Origin: an uncultured Planctomycetota bacterium
GTDB taxonomy: Bacteria > Planctomycetota > Planctomycetia > Isosphaerales > Isosphaeraceae
DNA: 64,000 nt
Direction: 5' to 3'
NCBI GenBank assembly: GCA_963845755.1
Contig: CAWJTV010000029.1
Span: 320,001 to 384,000, forward strand
Shown: one piece after another, positions 42,788 to 54,399 of the stretch
Layout of the letters: every line of letters begins with the position of its first letter
Numbering within the stretch: the stretch's first letter is position 1
The notes under the pieces: model-generated
The model's database searches: none
Told to the model about the DNA's origin: nothing
Seen by the model: the letters and a program-made list of their open reading frames with translations, nothing else
Made by a program: the position numbers and the translations under genes

Positions 42788-44137
42788 ATGCTGAAACGCC
42801 GGTTGGGACTGCTCCAGGCGATCAGCCTGAACATGTCGATGATGGTGGGGATCGGTCCATTCATCACGATCCCGGCCCTCGTGGGCACGCTCGGCGGTCC
42901 TCAGGCGATGATTGGCTGGATCCTGGGGGCCCTGGTGGCCCTGAGCGACGGCATGGTCTGGAGCGAGCTGGCCTCGACGTTCCCGGGCTCCGGCGGTACG
43001 TACCATTTCTTTGATGCCGCTTATGGGGAGACGAAGGTCGGCCGGCTGCTGAAGTTCTTGTTCGTCTGGCAGTTCGTCTTCAGCGGGCCGCTCGAGGTGG
43101 CCACCGGAGCCATCGGCCTGTGCAATACCTCGGTTTTTTCCTCCCCGCCCTCGCCCTGCCCGCCTGGAACTGGGGATGGATCGTGCCCGGAGCCGACCTG
43201 GCGGTCGCCTGGGGCCAGGTGGCCGCGATGGGAGTCATGGCCCTGGTGACGCTCCTGGCCTACCGGCGCATCGACGCGGCGGGCCGGCTGATGGTCGTCT
43301 TCTGGGTGGGCATGCTGATCACCGTGGCCTGGGTGATCCTGACGGGATTGACCCACTTCGATGCGGCCCGAGCGTTCGACTTCCCCGAGGATGCCTGGCG
43401 TGCGGATCGTCGCTGGATGATCGGATTGGCGCGGTGCTGGCGATCGCGATGTACGACTTCCTGGGCTACTACCAGGTCTGCTATCTCGGCGATGAAGTCG
43501 CCGACGCGGCCCGGACGATCCCCCGTTCGATCCTCATTTCCACGATCGCCATCAGCCTGGTCTACCTGGTGATGAATGTCGGAATCCTCGGCGTCCTTCC
43601 CTGCGCGAGGTGGTCCGGTCGAAGCATGTGGCGAGCGACCTGATGCTGAGCGTCTATGGAGCCTCGGCGGCGCGCGTCGCCACGGTCCTGATCATCTGGA
43701 CGGCGCTGGCATCGACATTCGCCGCGCTGCTGGGTTACAGCCGGATACCCTATGCGTCGGCCCGCGCCGGCCATTTCTTCCGATTCTTCGCGGGGACCCA
43801 CCCGCGCGGGGAGTTTCCGCATCGCTCGCTGCTGCTGGTCAGCGGGATGGCAACGCTCGCGTGCCTGGCCGATCTGCCCACCGTCATCGCCGCGCTGCTG
43901 ACCTCGCGCATCGTGATCCAGTTCGTCGGCCAGATTGCGACTGTCGCTTATCTGAGGGCCCGGCCTGGCGGCTGGCAGCCGTCGTTCCGGATGCCGTTGT
44001 ACCCGCTGCCCGCGGTCATCGCCCTGGCCGGCTGGTCGTTCGTCTTCGCGACCTCGGAGTGGCACGTCGTGGAATATGGCGTCGGCTCGCTCGGGATCGG
44101 CGTCCTGGCCTTCTGGCTCTGGGATGCTTCGTCGTAA
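42788..44137 (+). CDS. APC family amino acid permease (about 3 frameshifts)
   Basis: LKRRLGL, MMVGIGPF, ELASTFPGSGGTY, RTIPRSI, SRIPYA and FRMPLYPLP. Many TM segments. Confidence 0.88.
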
Positions 44138-44196
44138 CTCAGGTTTTCCAGCCTGATGCGACCGGAGTTGTCAGGCTGGAAAGCCGGACCTACGAC
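44131..44196. repeat. GTAG-type REP doublet between convergent genes
   Basis: gtcgtaactcaggttttccagcctga and tcaggctggaaagccggacctacgac. Confidence 0.75.
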
Positions 44197-44214
44197 TGTC
44201 GAGTCGGTCCGCGA

Positions 44215-46511
44215 TCACGGGGGTGGGAACTGGTCGTGGCGTGGCCCGGGGCCACCCTGTCGGGGAGGGCGCCCTTCACGGCGACCGGGACCGTCGCCCG
44301 GACGCTTGGGACGGAATCTCTGGGCCTGTTCCTCGCACTCGCCAGCGCGTCCGGTGTCACCGAGCTTGTAGTAGGTCTCGGCAAGCGAGTCAAGGCGATC
44401 GGCGAGGTGTCCGTCCGCACCGGGCTTGTGGCGATCGTGCCCGCGGATCGAGAGCAGCCGGTCGGCCGCCTGATCGAGCAGTTCCTTCGCTTGGGTTCGT
44501 TGGCCGCGTGCCAGCAGGATAAGGGCCAGGGCTTCGCGATTGGTCGCGAGGACCATCTGCACCCCCCCGGCGAACGGGACTTGATCGACTAGAGACTCAT
44601 CGTGGGCAATCGACTCTCGATAAGCCGTCTCCGCTTCGGTGAGACGATTCTGCCTCTGAAGCGCATCGCCGAGCCGCGCCTTCCACCGCGCCAGCGCCAT
44701 GATATACATGATCGACCCGTCCTGCTTCGAGGACTCATCGGCCAGGCGTTGGACCAGGAGCAGCGCCTTGCGGATCCCCTGCTCGGTCCGGACCGGCTCG
44801 ATCGGGTCCTCACGGTGCTGGTCGTCCATGGCGTACACTCGGGCCAACTCAAATCGATAGAGGGGAACGTCGGGTTCCGAGGCGATCAGCGTTTCGAAGC
44901 GCTGGGCGGCGTGGGCGAGGGCCTTATCGGCCTCTTCGTAGCGGCCCAGCATCCCATAGAGTGCGGCGACCTTTCGGAGTGAGCGAGCGGCCTCGAGCTG
45001 GAGCCGGGAGTTCGTCTCATTGCGCTCGGCGAAGCGGTCGTAGAACACCAGGATACTTTGCAGCAACGCGGCGTCCTTCTCCTCGTTGAGGTCATCGCGA
45101 AAACCGCCGGGCCGCCCAGATGGCGGCGGACGATCTCCGGACGGCGGCCCGAGACCGAGTCCGACCATGACCGGCCCGAACTCATCCCGATCGGCGAGCT
45201 GGTCGAACAGGCTATTGAGCGCTTCGAGTGAGAGCGCAACATTGGCTTCAGAGCGCTCGAGGGCACGCGTCCGTTCCGCATACATCGCCCAACCGACGAC
45301 TGTGGCGGCCAGGAGCGAGACCGCGGCGATGGCCGTCATGGCGGCGACCAGCTTGTTGCGGCGGCACCACCGGTTGAGCCGTTCGACCGGCGTCGCGCGG
45401 CGGGCCAGGATCGGGCGATCGTCGAGGAACGCGCGCAGGTCGTCGGCCAATGCGGCGGCCGTCGCATAGCGGTTGACCGGCTCGCGGGCCGTCGCCTTCA
45501 GGACGATCGTCTCCAGGTCGAGCGGGATGTTCCGATCGAGCGTCCGCGGTCGTGCCGGCTGTTCCTCGGTTACACAACGCAAGAGTTCGCTGGGACTCAG
45601 GTCGCCGAAGGGGGAATGGAGCGTCAGCACCTCGTAAAGGGTCAGCCCCAGGCTGTAGAGATCGCTCCGGTGATCGGTCTGGCCGCGCAGGGCCTCGGGG
45701 GCGAGGTAACGCAACGTCCCGATCACGTCGCCGGAGTGGGTCAAATCGTCGCGGCCGATCAGCTTGGCCAGGCCGAAATCGGTGATCCACGCGACCTGGT
45801 CCTCATCGATCAGCAGGTTCGCCGGTTTGATGTCGCGGTGCAGGATCCCCTGGTCGTGGCGCATACTGGAGGGCGTCGGCAGCCTGGATCCCGATCCGCG
45901 CGACGAATCGCCAATGATCCTCGCCCCGGTGCAGGCTCTTCTCCCGCCAGGTTTCCAGCAGGTGATCGAGCCCGCTCCCGCGGATGTACTGCATCGCGTA
46001 GAACGGCAGGCCGTCGTGCTCGCCGACCGCGAAGATCGGCACGATGTTGGTATGATGGAGCCGGGCAACGGCCTGGGCCTCGCGCTGGAACCGCTCGCGG
46101 CGCCTGGCATCGAGCACGCCATGCCGCGGGATGACCTTCAATGCGACATGCCGGGCCAGCGATTCCTGGACGGCCTCGTAGACGATCCCCATGCCGCCGC
46201 GGCCCAGCTCACGGATCAGTCGATACTCGCCCAGCCGTTCCGGCATCGACGCCGACCACTCGGACTCCGATTGCCGCGTCGAGCGGATCCGTGCGCTTGA
46301 GCTGTTCCATCATCGCGACGGATGGCAGCAGCTCGCGAATCCGCTGCGCGTGATCGGGGAAACGACCTTCGTACTCGCCGACCGACGGGGACTCGCCCCG
46401 CCGACAGCGCTCGAGGAACTCCTCGGCCACCCGGTCGAATGGGTCGGGAACCGTGTCGGCGGGGAGGTCGGGGGTGAGGTCGACATCGTCCGGCGATGCT
46501 GAGTCGATCAT
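44215..46511 (-). CDS. Hanks-type Ser/Thr kinase with TM segment and TPR-like C-terminus (frameshifts ~46275 and ~45860)
   Basis: LGRGGMGIVY, VALK, HRDIKPANLL, TDFGLAK, GTLRYLAPE and SDLYSLG. N-terminal AEEFLERCRRGESP. Confidence 0.92.
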
Positions 46512-47146
46512 GGGGCCTCCCCATCGAACCCGGTAAGCTGGGACAAGGCGTTCTTCAGACGCTCGAGGGCGCGGACATAGCGTTTGCTGGCGGCGGCGGG
46601 CTGGATCTCGAGCACGGTGGCGGCCTCCTGATTGCTCAGCTCCTCGAAATGGCGCAAGGCCAGCACCTCGCGGTCGATCGGATCGAGGCCATCCAGCGCC
46701 TGCTGGAGTTGACTCATGGTCTCGGCCCGTTGCGCCGCCTGGCTGGGCGAGGTGAGATCGCCGATGAGCTCGATCATCCGGGCCGAGCTCGCCGAGGGAC
46801 CTCCTCCGCGACCGATCGACACCTCCCGTCCCACGTCCCGGATCCGGGCCCCCAGATGCTGACGATGAACCTCGACCAGCCGCTGAACCGTGATCCAGCG
46901 CAGCCAGAGGAAAAACGGCATGCCCGGGTCCGCCTGGTAATGCGGCAGTCGCTTCAGGGCGTCGATGTACGCCTCTTGCAAGACGTCGGAGGCCGCCACC
47001 CGGCCCTTCAACCGGCCGTCGAGACGGAATTCCACCATCCGGCCGAGCCGATCCCGATGCCTCGAGAACAACTCGGCCAGCGCATCCTGATCGCCGTGCC
47101 GGATCCGGTCGAGCAGGCCCTCAACATCGTCGCTCTCATCCAACAT
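46508..47146 (-). CDS. ECF sigma factor, planctomycete kinase-associated type
   Basis: HRDRLGRMVEFRLD, SDVLQE, TSPSQAA and DREVLALRHFEELSNQEAA. ATGA overlap with the kinase gene. Confidence 0.92.
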   Translation of the reverse strand: MLDESDDVEGLLDRIRHGDQDALAELFSRHRDRLGRMVEFRLDGRLKGRVAASDVLQEAYIDALKRLPHYQADPGMPFFLWLRWITVQRLVEVHRQHLGARIRDVGREVSIGRGGGPSASSARMIELIGDLTSPSQAAQRAETMSQLQQALDGLDPIDREVLALRHFEELSNQEAATVLEIQPAAASKRYVRALERLKNALSQLTGFDGEAP

Positions 47147-47462
47147 CGCGGTCTCGTCTCCGCGCCGGGGGCAAGGCCCTGACTTTAATGAACGTAGATG
47201 GGTGTATTTCGGAGACGTCCTTTTGATTATTATCGATGGCGACCGTCGGGCGGGAAAGGTGGTGTCGGTCGGTGACGGATCCCTCTCCGCCATGGTCTTG
47301 GGCCGGCAGGGCCTTGTTGAGAAGGGATCGGCCGGCCGGTCCTCGGGCCGTGGGTGGCCCGAAGATTTCCGAATGTCTCCGAGCCAGGCTGCCGCACGTT
47401 ATTCGTGCGTAGACGCGTTGTCCTCAGGCCCCATTCGTTTCCTGACAAGAGGCGAGCCTCCC

Positions 47463-48125
47463 ATGAACCTGATCCAATCGGTCTCCAACCGCCGCAAGTT
47501 TTTGAGAGCAACAACATTCGGCGCCGCGGCCTTCACCGTTCGAGGTGCGTTCGCCGACGAATTGACGCGAACGCCCCGACAGACCGAGGGGCCTTTCTAC
47601 CCCAACAAGCTCCCCCTGGACACGGACAATGACCTGATCGTGGTCAACGACGCGCTGACCCCCGCGGTCGGCCAGATCACGCACCTCTCCGGCCGGATCC
47701 TGGACCACAAGGGAGATCCGATCCGCAACTGCCTGATCGAGATCTGGCAGGTGGACAACCAGGGTGCCTATATCCACACCGGGGACCCACACGGCGAGAA
47801 CCACGACAAGAACTTCCAGGGTTACGGCCGCTTCTTCACAGGCTCGAGCGGAGAGTATTACTTCCGGACCATCAAGCCCGTCCCCTACACCGGGCGGTCG
47901 CCGCACATCCACCTGAAGGTCCGCAAGAACGGCAAGGAGTTGCTGACCAGCCAGTTTTATGTCAAGGGCCACCCGGGTAACGCCCGCGATGGCATCTACC
48001 GCGCGATTCGCGACGCGAAAGCACGGGAATCGGTCACGCTGGACTTCACCCCGATGCGCGACTCGAAGATCGGCGAACTGGTCGCGCGGGGCGACGTCGT
48101 CCTTGGCTTCACGCCCGAGGCTTGA
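47463..48125 (+). CDS. Tat-exported intradiol ring-cleavage dioxygenase-like protein
   Basis: NRRKFL Tat motif, TEGPFYP and IEIWQ. Iron ligands GAY, PVPY and PHIH. Confidence 0.88.
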   Translation: MNLIQSVSNRRKFLRATTFGAAAFTVRGAFADELTRTPRQTEGPFYPNKLPLDTDNDLIVVNDALTPAVGQITHLSGRILDHKGDPIRNCLIEIWQVDNQGAYIHTGDPHGENHDKNFQGYGRFFTGSSGEYYFRTIKPVPYTGRSPHIHLKVRKNGKELLTSQFYVKGHPGNARDGIYRAIRDAKARESVTLDFTPMRDSKIGELVARGDVVLGFTPEA

Positions 48126-48342
48126 GCCTCTCAACGCACGATTTCCCGACGAACTCCTGTCTTCGTGAACCGGCCCCTCACGTTCCAGGAGTTTGGCCGG
48201 ACAGGCGCGGGAATCGATCGGGTCTTTTGACCGCGAGGTGATACGGGTGTAACCACCGGCGGATCCCGAGGCACCTGGTAAAGTAGGAACGTTTTCGTCG
48301 GTTTCGAAGATCAGCCGGATCCTGAATAGGGGAATGCTCTTG

Positions 48343-48970
48343 ATGAATCTCAAGTCGATGCGGACATTCGGCCTTTCGACGGTCCTCTCGGCCGGGCTGC
48401 TCATGGGGATCGGATGCGAGGGTGGCCCGGATTTCGAACACACCCCCGGCCGGAGACGCGGGACCGGGCGGTGCGCCTGGCCCGGGGCCCGGTGGTCCGG
48501 GACGGTCCTCGCCGATCGGGACGATCATGAGGAAACTGGATCGCGGGCCGACTGCCTTGAACAAGGCCGTTGGCAAGGGGCTGGAGGCCGACCCGCCGGA
48601 CTGGGGAACGCTCCAGAAGCAGTCGAGTGAATACGCCAGCCTCGTGGCCGGGCTGGGAAAGCTGGAGCCACCCAAGGGGAGCCCGGAATCCTGGGCCAAA
48701 TTGACCGCGACGTTCTCGGCCTCCGCCACGGACCTCGACCACGCCGCCCAGGCCAAGGACCACGACGCCGCCTTGAAAGCCCACGAACAGCTCGCTGGCT
48801 CATGCATGGCTTGCCATCGCGAACACCGTCGCATGCCCGGCCGAGGATTCGGCATGCCCGGGGGTGGCCCTCCCGGCGGCGGTCCTCCTGGCGGCGGTCC
48901 TCCTGGCGGCGGTGGCCCCCCGCCCCAAGGCGGGCCCCAACCTCCGCCACCGGAACCCAAGCCCCAGTGA
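48343..48970 (+). CDS. cytochrome c'-like (class II) lipoprotein with Gly/Pro tails (frameshift near 48440)
   Basis: Lipobox-like LMGIGC, helical core and C-terminal SCMACHREHR. Confidence 0.75.
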
Positions 48971-49806
48971 GCGGAGAACCTCAATTCCCCTTCTCGATCG
49001 AGCCTCCGCACAAAGCTTGCATGCCCGATTGGTGTTGAATTGCTAGCTTCGAGAATCACGCGTCCGGTCTCCTTCGCCCCATTCGGGGGGAAAGAGGCCG
49101 GATGTTCCTTTCCCAATTCTACGGCAATCTTCCGCCTCGTCGGTCGCTCCCCTTCCGCCATGCGCGATCTCATCAAAGTCCTCTCTGCCTCCTGTCCGAC
49201 GGCTCCACGCCAGGCGCAGTTGCGCATCGAGTGGATCATCGATTGCGCGATTCACGCATGATCGCGAGGCGTTCGCATCGCCATCCTTGCCGGACACGCC
49301 GCGTGAAACGACACTCCGGACGCGGACGTGTTAAGCTTGGGTGAGATGGCGGATCGTGCGAGTGGCATCGATCGACTCATCCTGACAGTCGTGGTCCTCA
49401 CGACGGAGACCGTGAAGGATTTGAGTGAGGGTCGAGGAACTTTCTCGCTGGAGAGTCATCAAAGGGGAAGAAGCGCGGGAAGTTAGAGCAATGGTCAGCG
49501 ACGGCTGCCACGTTCATGCCCTTCGATCACCCGCGCAAGAGGTTGATCTCCGACGGACTTTGCCTGGGAGTGATCTCCCGAAGGGTGCTATCGACGCAAC
49601 ACGTTGGAGCGCCCGGGATTCATTCTTTTTCGATAGTGACTCGCCGACCGTGACCCGCGATTGGTACAATCGGCCCGTTTTTTCTGGGATCCTTGACTCG
49701 ACTCCGGCCGATTCGGGCCATTCGAACCGATTTTGACTGGAACTGACACGTCGTCCCGGGCCCGCGCGTCTTGTCTGCCGCGGCCGCCCCCAAGGAGTCT
49801 GACCGC

Positions 49807-52248
49807 ATGGCTAAGATTCAGGCTATCTGGGCAATCGACATCGGCCAGGCCGCACTCAAGGCGGTGAAGGTCGTCCCGGGCGAGACCCCCGAGCAGGTGG
49901 TGGCCGAGGCCTTCGATTTCATCGAGTATCCCAAGATCCTCAGCCAGCCCGATGCCGATCCCGACGAGCTGGTGCGGGAAGCCCTGGCCACGTTCACGGA
50001 TCGCAACGACCTCAAGGGCTGCACGGTGGCCATCGCCGTGCCGGGCCAGTCGGGCCTGGTGAAGTTCATCAAGCTGCCGCCGGTCGAGAAGAAGCGGATC
50101 CCCGACATCGTGAAGTTCGAGGCCAAACAGCAGATCCCCTTCGCCCTGGACGAAGTGGTCTGGGCCTACCAGCAGATCGGCGGCGAGGATGAGGTGAACG
50201 AGGAGGAATTCACGATGGCCGAGGTCGGCCTGTTCGCGATGAAGCGCGACCAGATCAACCGGGCCATCCTGCCGTTCACCGTGGCGGGCATCGAGGTCGA
50301 TGTGGTCCAGATGAGCCCGATCGCCCTGTACAACTACATCAGCTTCGACCAGATCAAGGGGAGCGGCTCCAAGGACTCGGTCGTCCTCCTGGACATCGGG
50401 GCCGACAATACCGACCTGATCATCACCGACGGCAACCGGATCTGGCAGCGGAACGTGCCGATCGGCGGCAATCATTTCACCCGGGCCCTGACCAAGGAGC
50501 TGAAGCTCACCTTCGCCAAGGCCGAACACCTGAAGCGCAACGCCACCAAGGCCCCCGATCCCCGGGCGATCTTCACGGCCATGCGCGGCGTCTTCAACGA
50601 CTTCGCCAGCGAGGTCAATCGCTCGATCGGTTTCTACTCGAGCATCAATCGGACCGCCAAGATCAAGAAGGTCGTGGGGATGGGCAACGGCTTCAAGCTG
50701 CCGGGCCTGCAGAAGTTCCTCCAGCAGAACCTCAACCAGGAGGTCGAACGGCTCGAGACCTTCGAGAAACTGGTGGGCGACGAGGTGAAAGGGGCGCCCC
50801 AGTTCCAGGACAACCTCGCCTCGTTCGCCGTGGCCTACGGGCTGGGGATCCAGGGCCTCAACCGGGGCGGCCTGGGCACGAACCTGCTGCCGCCGGAGAT
50901 CGAGCGGATCCGGCTGGTCCGCGCGAAGAAGCCGTGGCGCTGGCCGCCTCGGCGCTGATCATGCTGGGCCTGACCTTCCTGTTCACGCTGGGCGACTACC
51001 GCGTGCTCGCCACGGTCACCTCCATTCCGTTCCAGCAAGCCGTCACGCGGGCCAAGGACGTCACCAAGCGCGGGGATAACATCAAAGCGGCGTTCGAGAA
51101 GGCCACGAAGGATTGGAAGGACAAGAACGAGGAGGGCAACGCCCTGATCATCGATCCGACCAACCGGGCGCTCTGGCCCCAGTTCTTCCAGATGATCAGC
51201 GGGTTCTTCCCCGATCCCGAGCAGGAATACCAGCTCGATCCGGCCGACCCGAAGTCCGTGAACACGCTGGAGATGCTCCGGGTCCACATCGATGCGATCA
51301 AGCCGGTGTATCGGAAGGATGTCTCCGAATGGTTCACCGGGCTGGACCCGAAGTTCAAGATGCTCATGCATCCCCTGGACGCCGAGACGCCTCCCAGCGG
51401 CGAGGGCTGGATCATCCAGCTCATCTGCCACCACTACAACCCCTATCCCCGGAATCGAGAGCAGTTCTCCTACCCGCCGGGCGATCCCAGGCGGACCGAC
51501 TTCGGACCGGTCGAGTTCCTGACCGAGAAAGTGCTGCGGAAACTCAATGATCCCCGGCTCCGCCTCTTCGGCATCAACCACGTCGCCGTGGCCTGGATGA
51601 CCAGCGAGAAAGAATGGACCAGCGAGAAGGGACAGAGCAGCAACAATCTCGCCAGCAACACGATCCCCTTGCTGGACCGCGCCGTGGCGGCGGCTCCGGC
51701 CGCCGAGGGCGGCGGCGGCGGCGGCAATGGGCGGCCCCGGCATGGGCATGGCCGGTGCGATGATGCAACAGATGAGAGGCATGTCCGGCGGAATGGCCGG
51801 TGGCATGGGAGGAGCCCAGGGTCCCGGGATGATGCAGCAGCAGATGAGAGGCATGGCCGGTGGCATGGGAGGCATGTATGCCGGCGCCGGCGGCGCCTCG
51901 GCCGATCTGAAGAAGGAGATGACGACCCTGACCCGCACCGACTTCCTGATTCAATTCGTCTGGCAGTACAAGCCCGAGGAGAATCCCAAGACCGACGAGG
52001 AGCGTAACGAGAAACTGAAGAAGATCATCACCGACTTTACCGAGGCCCAGAAGAAGAACCCCGCGGTCAAGATCTCGGAGGACATTCAGAAGGAGCTGGA
52101 TGCGGCCTCGCGGAAGAAGTCGGAGCAGTTCGATGCCAAGCTCAAGGCCCCGGGCCCGGACAACGCGGCGGCCGCGGTGCCCGGTGGCGCGGTCTTGCCG
52201 GGGGCCAATGCTCCCGGCGCCGCGGTTCCCAAGACCGGTGGTCCCTGA
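49807..52248 (+). CDS. pilM: type IV pilus assembly protein PilM with fused PilN-like region (frameshifts ~50937 and ~51725)
   Basis: WAIDIGQAALKAV, EAKQQIPF, LLDIGADNT and IGGNHFT, then TNLLPPE, a TM segment and a periplasmic domain with a Gly/Met tract. Confidence 0.88.
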
Positions 52249-52450
52249 CGGCGTGTCACGGTGCCCCGAGGAAGCCCTTTCCGCCGGCTTGCGGGAGACC
52301 TCGTCGCCGGCCTGGCGATCGTCTCTCGAGCCGGAATGCCACGAGCTTGAAACCATTCTCCCCCGATCCGGCCCGATCGCGGCCGGGCACTCGTAGGGGG
52401 ATCCGATTCCACTGACACCATCCGGTCTTTTCTTGAAGGTGCGAGCGACC

Positions 52451-54315
52451 ATGGCCCAACAAGACGCAGCGGAAACAGCCAAGGAAGTCCTCAGACAGGT
52501 CATCAAGTACCGCTTCTGGATCGCCGTGAGCTTTGCCGCGTTGTTCGCGGTCATCGCGTATTTCATGGGCTCAGGTCCCGTGAAAGCCAAGGCGGCGACC
52601 GAGACCACCAACATCATCAATGCCGAGAAGGGCGTGGAGAAATACAAGTCGCCCACGGTGCCGACCGATCAGTACAAGCCGCTCGTCGACGAGCGGACCC
52701 AGCTCGAGGACAAGGACGTGACCAAGGCCTGGAAAGAGCTCTACGACCGCCAGGCCCCCCTCCTGACATGGCCCGACACCGTCCAGAATCGCTTCCCCAA
52801 GTGGGGTCGCAAGTGGCCCGAGACCGAAGACGCCGGCAAGGTCCAACTGGCGTTCGTCAACTACACGTACGCCTACAAGGATTACGTCGACCTGGTCTTC
52901 AAGACCTTCCATCCCTTCAATTACGAGTCCGGCGAGGGAATCGTCGCCTCGCCGCCGAAGGAGATCCTCCTCCGGCCCGTCCAGTTCGCCGCGGAAGAAC
53001 GCCCGGACCTGGGTAAGGTCTGGGCGGCCCAGGAGCGGCTCTGGCTCCAGCGCACCATGCTGGAGGTCGTCGCCGCGGTCAACCAGGCCGCCAAAGCCAA
53101 GGATTGGGATACGGCGATCATCAAGGAGGTCGAGTCCATCGAGGTGGGCAACCCGACCGCCCAGGACCAGCGCTCGCTCGCCGATAACGAAGAGCTCAAG
53201 AAGGCCGAGGAGATCCTCGCACCGGGTCAGGAATCGGCCGCGGCCGCGGCCGAGGCTGGCGGAGGAGGCATGGGAGGAGGCATGTCCATGCCTGGCGGGG
53301 GCATGGGACAAGCGATGGGGAGGCGAATGGGTGGAATGGGTCCCGGTTCAATGGGTCCCGGTGCAACGGGTCCCGGTTCCGGTGGATCGGGTGGGCCCGC
53401 CGGCGGCTCCGAGTACGACGATACGATCTACTCCATCACCCCGGCCAACGACAAGGGTCAGTATCGGGTCCTGCCGGTCCGCATGACCGTCCTGATCGAC
53501 CAGGATCGTGTCCAGGATTTGCTGGTCGCGCTGGAGAACTCGCCGATGTCCATCGAGGTGAAGGAGGTCGAGCTGGGCCGGCCGCAATCCCGTGTCACCA
53601 AGCCCGAGAAAGGCAAGCGCCCGCCGGCGCCAACATGATGGGCGGTATGATGAGCATGATGCGCATGATGTCCGGCGGACAGTCTGGCTATGGCGGCATG
53701 GTGAGCCAGATGGATCAGCAGATGAGGATGCAAATGTCCCAATATGGCATGTCAGCCGGTCGAGGCGCCATGATGGGCGGAGGCTATGGGGGCGGAATGG
53801 GAGCGGCCACGACACAGCGGAAAGGGACCGACGTCCGCAACGTCGATCGGGAAAAGAAGCGCAATGAGGCCGCGAAGGCCGTGGAGGAGAAGAAAGGCCC
53901 CTCGTTCGTCGATGCCCATTTCTCGATCGTCCAGGTCACCATCTATGGTCGGGCGCGGTTCTTCAACGCGCCTCCGGCGGAGCCTGCGGCGGAGCCGAGC
54001 CTGGGTGGAACCCCGGCCGCGGGTACCCCGGCCGTAGCCGCACCGGGCGGAGCAGCGGGCTCTCCGGCGGAGAAAGCCCCGGCGGGCAAGGCGGCCGCCA
54101 CGACTCCGGCTGATGGAGCCGAAGCGTCCCAGAAGCCCGCCGGCGCCGCAGCGGAGGGGAATGCTCCCGCCAAGGCGGCTCCCGAGAAGCCGGCAGACAA
54201 ACCGGCCGATACCACCACGCCCGATGCCAAGGCGGCGGTTCCCGCCAAGGCCGGTTCCGAGAAGCCGGCCGATACCACCAAGCCCGACGGCAAGGCGGCG
54301 GTTCCCAAGTCGTAG
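52451..54315 (+). CDS. membrane-anchored Gly/Met-rich protein of the pilM operon, possibly PilO-like (frameshift ~53620)
   Basis: N-terminal TM (KYRFWIAVSFAALFAVIAYF), VQDLLVALENSPMSIEVKEV, GM tracts and a Pro/Ala/Lys tail. Confidence 0.65.
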
Positions 54316-54399
54316 CCGGCTCCGGTCGGCTCGTGTCAGCGATCACCAATCCAGTGGTTCAGGGATTCCTTCAGATTCACGCGACGAGGAGACGCCGGT

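Noticed and set aside
38751..44137. Biosynthetic cluster from fabF, GH15 and the permease
   Set aside because: No ACP, chain-length factor or tailoring genes, and the genes are separated by long gaps and repeats.
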